A stretch of DNA of 63,897 nt, filler included, from Lama guanicoe (Eukaryota), in NCBI GenBank assembly GCA_013239625.1. It is 76 parts of 75 records of this genome, joined end to end, with 100 filler letters (N's around TTAATTAATTAA, not from the genome) between each part and the next. Parts side by side here need not be neighbours in the genome. Positions count along the whole stretch, not along the records: positions 62,390 to 63,152 come from MU053642.1; positions 63,253 to 63,700 come from PNXV01002949.1; positions 63,801 to 63,897 come from MU053773.1; 73 more parts are not named here. One strand, 5' to 3'. Each line of letters begins with the position of its first letter. Within the stretch, counting starts at the first letter, position 1. A program made the position numbers and the translations under genes. This document shows, in pieces, positions 62,390 to 63,897 of this stretch. Below the pieces are notes generated by a model. It had not been told where the DNA came from. It was given only the letters and a program-made list of their open reading frames with translations, and made no database searches.

Positions 62390-62935
62390 CCCCAGCCCCA
62401 TCCCCAGGTGCCCGCCCCCGTCCGGGTCCGCAGACCCCACCCGCCCGGGATGCAGCCCGCCCAGTGGTGGGGACGGGCCGGCGGCCGAGGAGAGGAAGCC
62501 CGGGAGGAGAGGACTCGCGGGCGGGAGAGGGGAAGTGGACGCCGGCCGCGGACTGAGGGGATCCCGGCTGAGCCAAGAGGCGGCAGGGCCACACCTGGCC
62601 CTGGACAGCTGTGGCCGGGGCGCCGGAGTAGGTGGCGCGGGCAGAGGGGCCTGGCCCGAGCAATTCAGCAGAACACACGCTGACTGGCGCCCTGGGGGGC
62701 TGTGACAAGCCGACCGCCCTCCCGCAGCCGNNNNNNNNNNNNNNNNNNNNNNNNNNNNNNNNNNNNNNNNNNNNNNNNNNNNNNNNNNNNNNNNNNNNNN
62801 NNNNNNNNNNNNNNNNNNNNNNNNNNNNNNGAGCTGGAGCTTCCAACCCGCGGTCCAGCTGGCAGCGACTGCGCATGCGCAGGAGGGCCAGCGATCCGCT
62901 CTGGATCCTGAGAGAGAAGGTGGGGAACCGAGGGA
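62390..62935. promoter_or_regulatory. CpG island / housekeeping-type promoter fragment
   Basis: Very GC- and CpG-rich, CCGCCC boxes, GGAAGT ETS-like core near 62532, perfect NRF1 palindrome TGCGCATGCGCA at 62870-62881. Confidence 0.7.
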
Positions 62936-63252
62936 GGGAGAATAATGGAGGAGGAGGGGAGGAGGGGAAAAGAGGAGGGTGACAGATGGACAGGAGGAGC
63001 AGAGAGAAGGCAGGTATCTGGAGTTGGGAGGGGAGTTGCAGAGATGGGGAGAAAGCGTTTTACATCTGTGGGCACCACAAAGGAGGCAGCAGTCCTGCCT
63101 ATTCACCCTTCTTTAACCCTTCAATGCCCACAGCTCATATTTTACGTCCCTGNNNNNNNNNNNNNNNNNNNNNNNNNNNNNNNNNNNNNNNNNNNNTTAA
63201 TTAATTAANNNNNNNNNNNNNNNNNNNNNNNNNNNNNNNNNNNNNNNNNNNN

Positions 63253-63700
63253 AACCTAATAGATATATAGTTTACATGAATTCCATCAACATGGCATTCC
63301 GAATTCCGTACATAATTCATGCATGATGGATTCGAGAAACATGAGTTTCTGAGTTGTGAGCATGTGGATTAGTGAACTTTCATCCACCAAACAAGGCATA
63401 TATACTCTTTGAAATATTTACTCTGACTTCATAAGTTTTTTTGTATACATGTATCACCAGGTTCTAAAATCGGATATTTGGCAGTAGAAAACACTCTTTG
63501 AGCGAATTCTCACCAATACACATGTAATTTACATTGTTTACACAACCATGGCATTCCGTACTCCGAATATGTTTCATGCATCTCTGATTCCTCAAACATG
63601 CATTTCTGAGCTGTGAACATGCGCATGACAGACGTTTGAACCACCAAAAACTTTACCTATGCACCTTGAAATATTTACTTAGACTTCGTTGCTTCTTCCT
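63253..63700 (+). repeat. ~257-bp tandem repeat (family D), ~1.7 diverged units
   Basis: ATGGCATTCCG at 63291 and 63548; later shared motifs AAACATG..TTTCTGAG.TGTGA.CATG, CCACCAAA, TTGAAATATTTACT. Confidence 0.8.
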
Positions 63701-63800
63701 NNNNNNNNNNNNNNNNNNNNNNNNNNNNNNNNNNNNNNNNNNNNTTAATTAATTAANNNNNNNNNNNNNNNNNNNNNNNNNNNNNNNNNNNNNNNNNNNN

Positions 63801-63897
63801 TTCCGGAATCCTGAGCGTGGGGAGGTTCCACCAACGATCGGTAGCGCTTGGGTTCTAACGGAATGCCTAAGCTGAACTCCCCTGGGATTTTTCCTAA
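63801..63897 (+). repeat. 267-bp satellite family A fragment
   Basis: TTCCGGAATCCTGAGCGTGGGGAGGTTCCACCAACG...GGTTCTAACGGAATGCCTAAGCT. Confidence 0.92.

Noticed and set aside
564..63208. Long ORFs full of X or ending in LIN/N
   Set aside because: They read through N runs and stop in the linker.
1328..63756. Regularly recurring palindromic TTAATTAATTAA with variable 'spacers' (CRISPR-like or att-site-like array)
   Set aside because: Always embedded in fixed N padding; this is a synthetic scaffold linker in a mammalian assembly, with no cas or recombinase genes.

Overview
This window is not a natural locus. It is an artificial concatenation of about 76 short unplaced scaffolds (about 0.2-1.5 kb, many with internal N gaps) from a draft mammalian genome. 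They are joined by about 75 identical 100-bp linkers (44 N + TTAATTAATTAA + 44 N), so adjacency across linkers has no biological meaning. tRNA-derived SINEs of the camelid vic-1 type point to a camelid (alpaca/llama/camel). Most of the content is repeats: (i) an AGAATAT heptamer satellite in 9 scaffolds with a 7->63->126/189/252-bp hierarchy; (ii) a GC-rich 267-bp satellite and a strongly diverged ~266-bp sister family; (iii) a ~248-bp satellite; (iv) a ~257-bp tandem unit; (v) LINE-1 pieces (5'UTR, ORF1, ORF2 EN/RT, 3' ends, and one 5'-inverted copy); (vi) a decayed ERV-L pol, ERV1-type and MaLR LTRs, MIR and microsatellites. Gene-derived sequence is sparse: two paralogous cTAGE/MIA2-like retro(pseudo)gene 5' parts, one well-bounded orphan acidic exon, and a CpG-island fragment with a perfect NRF1 site. 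Almost all ORFs in the supplied track are artefacts of N runs, the linker or repeat periodicity. I found no intact gene and no multi-gene 'system'. The best leads are the satellite architecture and signs of a highly amplified segmental compartment (three paralogous scaffold pairs among only ~76 scaffolds).
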